In this document: positions 61,337-64,000 of the stretch, in pieces
Layout: each line of letters opens with the position of its first letter
Position numbering within the stretch: position 1 is the first letter of the stretch
Position numbers and translations under genes: made by a program
Notes under the pieces: model-generated
Seen by the model: the letters and a program-made list of their open reading frames with translations, nothing else
What the model was told of the DNA's origin: nothing
The model's database searches: none
NCBI GenBank assembly: GCA_000165345.1
Contig: CM000435.1
Location: forward strand, 1,214,459-1,278,458
Direction: 5' to 3'
DNA: 64,000 bases

Positions 61337-61778
61337 ATAACTTTGAACCACAGGAAATTTGGATTTGCTTTGTGATAGGGTCGCATCTTATATTACCTTC
61401 TTTATTATGTATATCTTTTCCGCAAGGAAATATATATTCAAATTCATTTGAAAGGTTTAGCGGAGCGATGGAATTTAAGATGTATTGCTGAATTACATGG
61501 TTAGAATAATTCACTATGAGTAGATTGTCACTAATACATGTAAGTTGTGAACTAAAAGGAATTATTTCACAAACGTTACTCTCAACTGAACCCATTTTCA
61601 AAAGAAAAAATATCAGGAAGTCAGAGAAATAACTACTTTTTGTTGTATGAGAAAATTGCACACAATAGCATGTGATTTTTTTTAAGTTGTACCCAAAGGT
61701 TATGTCTTTTAACAAAAAAAATTGTAATGCAAAATTCAAGTGTGAAAATATCGTTATAATAGCACATAGAATGGATAG
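61337..61778 (-). CDS. Mucin-like glycoprotein, exon 2 (signal peptide plus Cys-containing N-terminal domain)
   Basis: Begins after acceptor TTATTTCTGCAG| with LSILCAIITIFSHLNFALQFFLLKD... It has no in-frame ATG before its hydrophobic start, so it needs exon 1. It ends AAGTTAT|GTAAGTTTAC in phase 1. Intron 2 is 61284-61336 (53 nt). Confidence 0.55.
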
Positions 61779-61839
61779 CTGCAGAAATAATTAGTTTTCT
61801 GTGTTCAGTTTTTCTTAATATTGAATTTATTAATTTTAC

Positions 61840-61848
61840 ATTTTCCAT
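61840..61848 (-). CDS. Mucin-like glycoprotein, micro-exon 1 (ATG GAA AAT)
   Basis: ATG at 61848 followed by donor AAT|GTAAAATTAA. The 61-nt intron 61779-61839 ends at CTGCAG. Joining gives MEN-LSILCAIITIF..., a signal-peptide-like N-terminus. Confidence 0.45.
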
Positions 61849-62489
61849 TTTTGAGAAGAAAAATCAGGTATTTTAATTTATTAAGTTATTATTTTACATA
61901 GGTTCTTGATAATATTTAGTCGTATTATTATAGATTTAGACGAGAAATTCAAACCTTTAATTTATGTAGAAATGAAATAATAATATGTCAAGCCTTTATT
62001 TTATCTGATCTAATATTTTATAATATAAAAGTTGTGAATTAATTTTTTTTTAAAATTAATTTAATAAATATTTACTAGAGGTATGAAGAGTCAAATTAGT
62101 TGGTTTATACTGAGTTCAAATTTATACAATATATTTTCACAAAGACGAAATATATAAGTAAATTTGGTGAAATATGTAAATAACATTTTATATATAGATA
62201 TTCAATATTTATAGATAATTATTTTTTTCAAGTAGAAGATGATTATAGTTAAAGATATGGAAATGAATGGGATGAATAAGAACAGAGATATGAATATAGT
62301 GAAAGTGGAGAGAGGTAGTGGAAAGAAAGAGTTTAGAAGAGGATGAGGATAGGGGTGGTTGTGGAGAAGATAAGTAGAATAGTAGTAGAGTATTCATAGG
62401 AGGAGAAATGGTGATGAGAGTAGCAGAATAGGAAATGAGAGATAATTAGATAAAGAATGGCATTAACTTGAATGTTGAAAAAATAATTT

Positions 62490-62795
62490 TTGAATTTTTT
62501 TTGGATTGTTTTTTTTTGCACTTGAATTTTTTTTGCACTTGGATTTTTTTTGGATTGAGTTTTTTTGCACTTGAATTTTTTATACTTGATTTTTTTTGGA
62601 TTGAGTTTTTTTGGATTGTTTTTTTTTGCACTTGAATTTTTTTTGTACTTGGATTTTTTTTGGATTGAGTTTTTTTGCACTTGAATTTTTTATACTTGAT
62701 TTTTTTTGGATTGAGTTTTTTTGGATTGAGTTTTTTTGCACTTGAATTTTTTTTGCACTTGGATTTTTTATACTTGATTTTTTTTTTTTCATAAA
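62490..62795. repeat. T-rich ~110-120-nt tandem sub-repeats (~2.7 copies) in the spacer upstream of the 18S rRNA gene
   Basis: The motifs ttggattgagtttttttgcacttgaattttttatacttgattttttt and ttggattgtttttttttgcacttgaattttttttgcacttgg recur at 62505, 62612 and 62712. The Lys-rich minus-strand ORFs here are translation artefacts of the repeat. Confidence 0.7.
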
Positions 62796-63559
62796 GTAAT
62801 TTTTTTTAATGGAATGTTGAATAATATTTTAAATAGCAAAGTGCTAAATTTATAAGTAAAATAATAATATAATAAATAAAGTATTAGAATTAAAAAAAAA
62901 AAAAAAAAAGTGGGCGGTGTAACATAGTGAAAATAAAAAAATAATAAAAAATATTTTTTCCGGGGTGAAGAGTATTCAACCTGGGAATGTAGGAACTGAC
63001 GTGTTAGTAGTGAGCTGACATTGAGTATTAAAAATTTGTAGTCTATTTCGATTTGAAAAGGCTATGGAATGATTAGTACTGATGAGAGAAATATATTATA
63101 GATGAGTAATGTATAATATATGAGTCGCAGGTAAATACATGTTTTTACGATTGAAATATAACGTTGTTTTATATTTGATTGTAAATGTAGTGTATTTAGT
63201 GTAGTCAATTTTGACAATATGTGTTGAATTGATATTTACACGAATGTTAAATATAAGAGGTTGTTGTATTATTATGGTTTCCAAAGAATTATATGTGATA
63301 AGTATTAATGTATGACTCTACATTGTTATATAGTAGTTATGTTGTTTATATATATTTATATGTATATATATGATATATATATTATTGTATAATGGTGTTT
63401 TGGGAGCGTACAATGTTGGAATATTTCGTAACCATTGTTGAAAAGAAAAAGCAATAATTTTTTATAATATATTATTATTATTATTATTACTTTATATTCA
63501 AGGTTATGGGGTATTTTTCAATGTAGTTTTAATACTATCTTAAATTGCTAGTTAAATTA

Positions 63560-63840
63560 ATATATTTTTCTTATTAATTAACTGGATAAGAAATTTTTAT
63601 GATATTTTTATACAGTTTATATATTATATGTATATATATGTTGTATAAATAATATATATTCATTAATGATTTCTTAAATAATTCTTTTGTTTATTATAAA
63701 TAATAGACATAAATGTATTCAATGTTAATAATATGTATATTATATATGATATATAATATATATAATATATATGTTACATGTATATATTTGTATATATTAT
63801 ATATATATATATATAACACATATTATTAATATGAATGATA
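63560..63840. repeat. (TA)n-rich low-complexity tract immediately 5' of the 18S rRNA
   Basis: Runs of atatatatat and tatatgtatatata from about 63600 up to the first base of the SSU rRNA. Confidence 0.5.
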
Positions 63841-63842
63841 GT

Positions 63843-64000
63843 AACCTGGTTGATCCTGCCAGTAGTCATATGCTTGTCTCAAAGATTAAGCCATGCATGT
63901 CTAAGTATAAACTTTTATACGGTTAAACTGCGAATGGCTCATTATAACAGTTATAGTTTACTTGATATGTTTACTAGGGTACCGAGTCCGAATTCGTAAC
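63843..64000 (+). rRNA. SSU (18S) rRNA, 5' end (partial; gene continues beyond the window)
   Basis: AACCTGGTTGATCCTGCCAGTAGTCATATGCTTGTCTCAAAGATTAAGCCATGCATGTCTAAGTATAAACTTTTATACGGTTAAACTGCGAATGGCTCATTATAACAGTTATAGTTTACTTGATA is the universal eukaryotic 18S 5' end. It differs by about 1 nt from Cryptosporidium 18S over this stretch. Confidence 0.9.

Noticed and set aside
61290-61739. Unspliced 149-aa ORF (MNFALQFF...) given by the ORF track
   Set aside because: Its 'M' is a TTG codon. The frame is better explained as exon 2 of the spliced mucin model, with an upstream CTGCAG acceptor and a downstream GTAAGT donor.
62333-62792. Three overlapping Lys/Gln-rich minus-strand ORFs (KKNSIQKKS...)
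   Set aside because: They lie entirely within the T-rich ~120-nt tandem spacer repeat. The repeating peptide is a translation artefact of the DNA repeat upstream of the rRNA gene.
1-64000. Prokaryotic interpretation suggested by TTG/GTG-initiated ORFs in the track
   Set aside because: The 18S rRNA, GT-AG introns, eukaryote-specific proteins (FACT, Vps16, Prp18, CtIP, Sm) and the long AT-rich intergenic promoters show this is nuclear eukaryotic DNA. Starts were moved to the first ATG (13613, 24858, 27422, 41608).

Overview
This window is a compact, roughly 70% AT eukaryotic nuclear segment. It ends at 63843 with the 5' end of an SSU (18S) rRNA gene whose first ~125 nt match Cryptosporidium almost exactly (AACCTGGTTGATCCTGCCAGTAG...TTTTATACGGTTAAACTGCGAATGGCTCATTATAACAGTTATAGTTTACTTGATA). 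Gene density, the scarcity of introns, tiny GT-AG introns where present, and E2F-like GGCGCC/GGCGGGAA promoter boxes all fit a Cryptosporidium-type apicomplexan genome. I call about 24 protein-coding genes. Recognisable housekeeping genes include FACT/SSRP1, Rlp24, LSm8, a Slt11/RBM22-type zinc-finger protein, Prp18, Vps16, a WDR44-like WD40 protein, a prenyltransferase alpha subunit, CtIP/Sae2, an RMI1-like OB-fold protein and a 2H phosphoesterase. There are also two giant ORFs of 3229 and 2323 aa and a run of secretory/surface genes: a Hint-domain protein, a COWP-like Cys-motif protein, a type-I membrane protein, a 1483-aa glycoprotein and a Thr/Ser-rich mucin. The ORF track allows TTG/GTG starts, so I re-anchored several CDS starts on the first in-frame ATG. 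From phase-consistent GT-AG junctions I propose spliced models for three genes: the COWP-like gene (3 exons), Prp18 (2 exons) and the mucin (5 exons, including a 9-nt first exon supplying the start codon and signal peptide). Candidate novelties are a Hedgehog/intein-type Hint autoprocessing domain in a secreted protein, a membrane protein with a VKOR-like/thioredoxin-like architecture but a CxxD instead of CxxC motif, paired inverted E2F boxes at divergent promoters (including upstream of the DNA-repair genes), and an rDNA unit sitting directly beside the mucin gene with ~120-nt tandem spacer sub-repeats. All identifications rest on motif recognition by eye; no database searches were possible.
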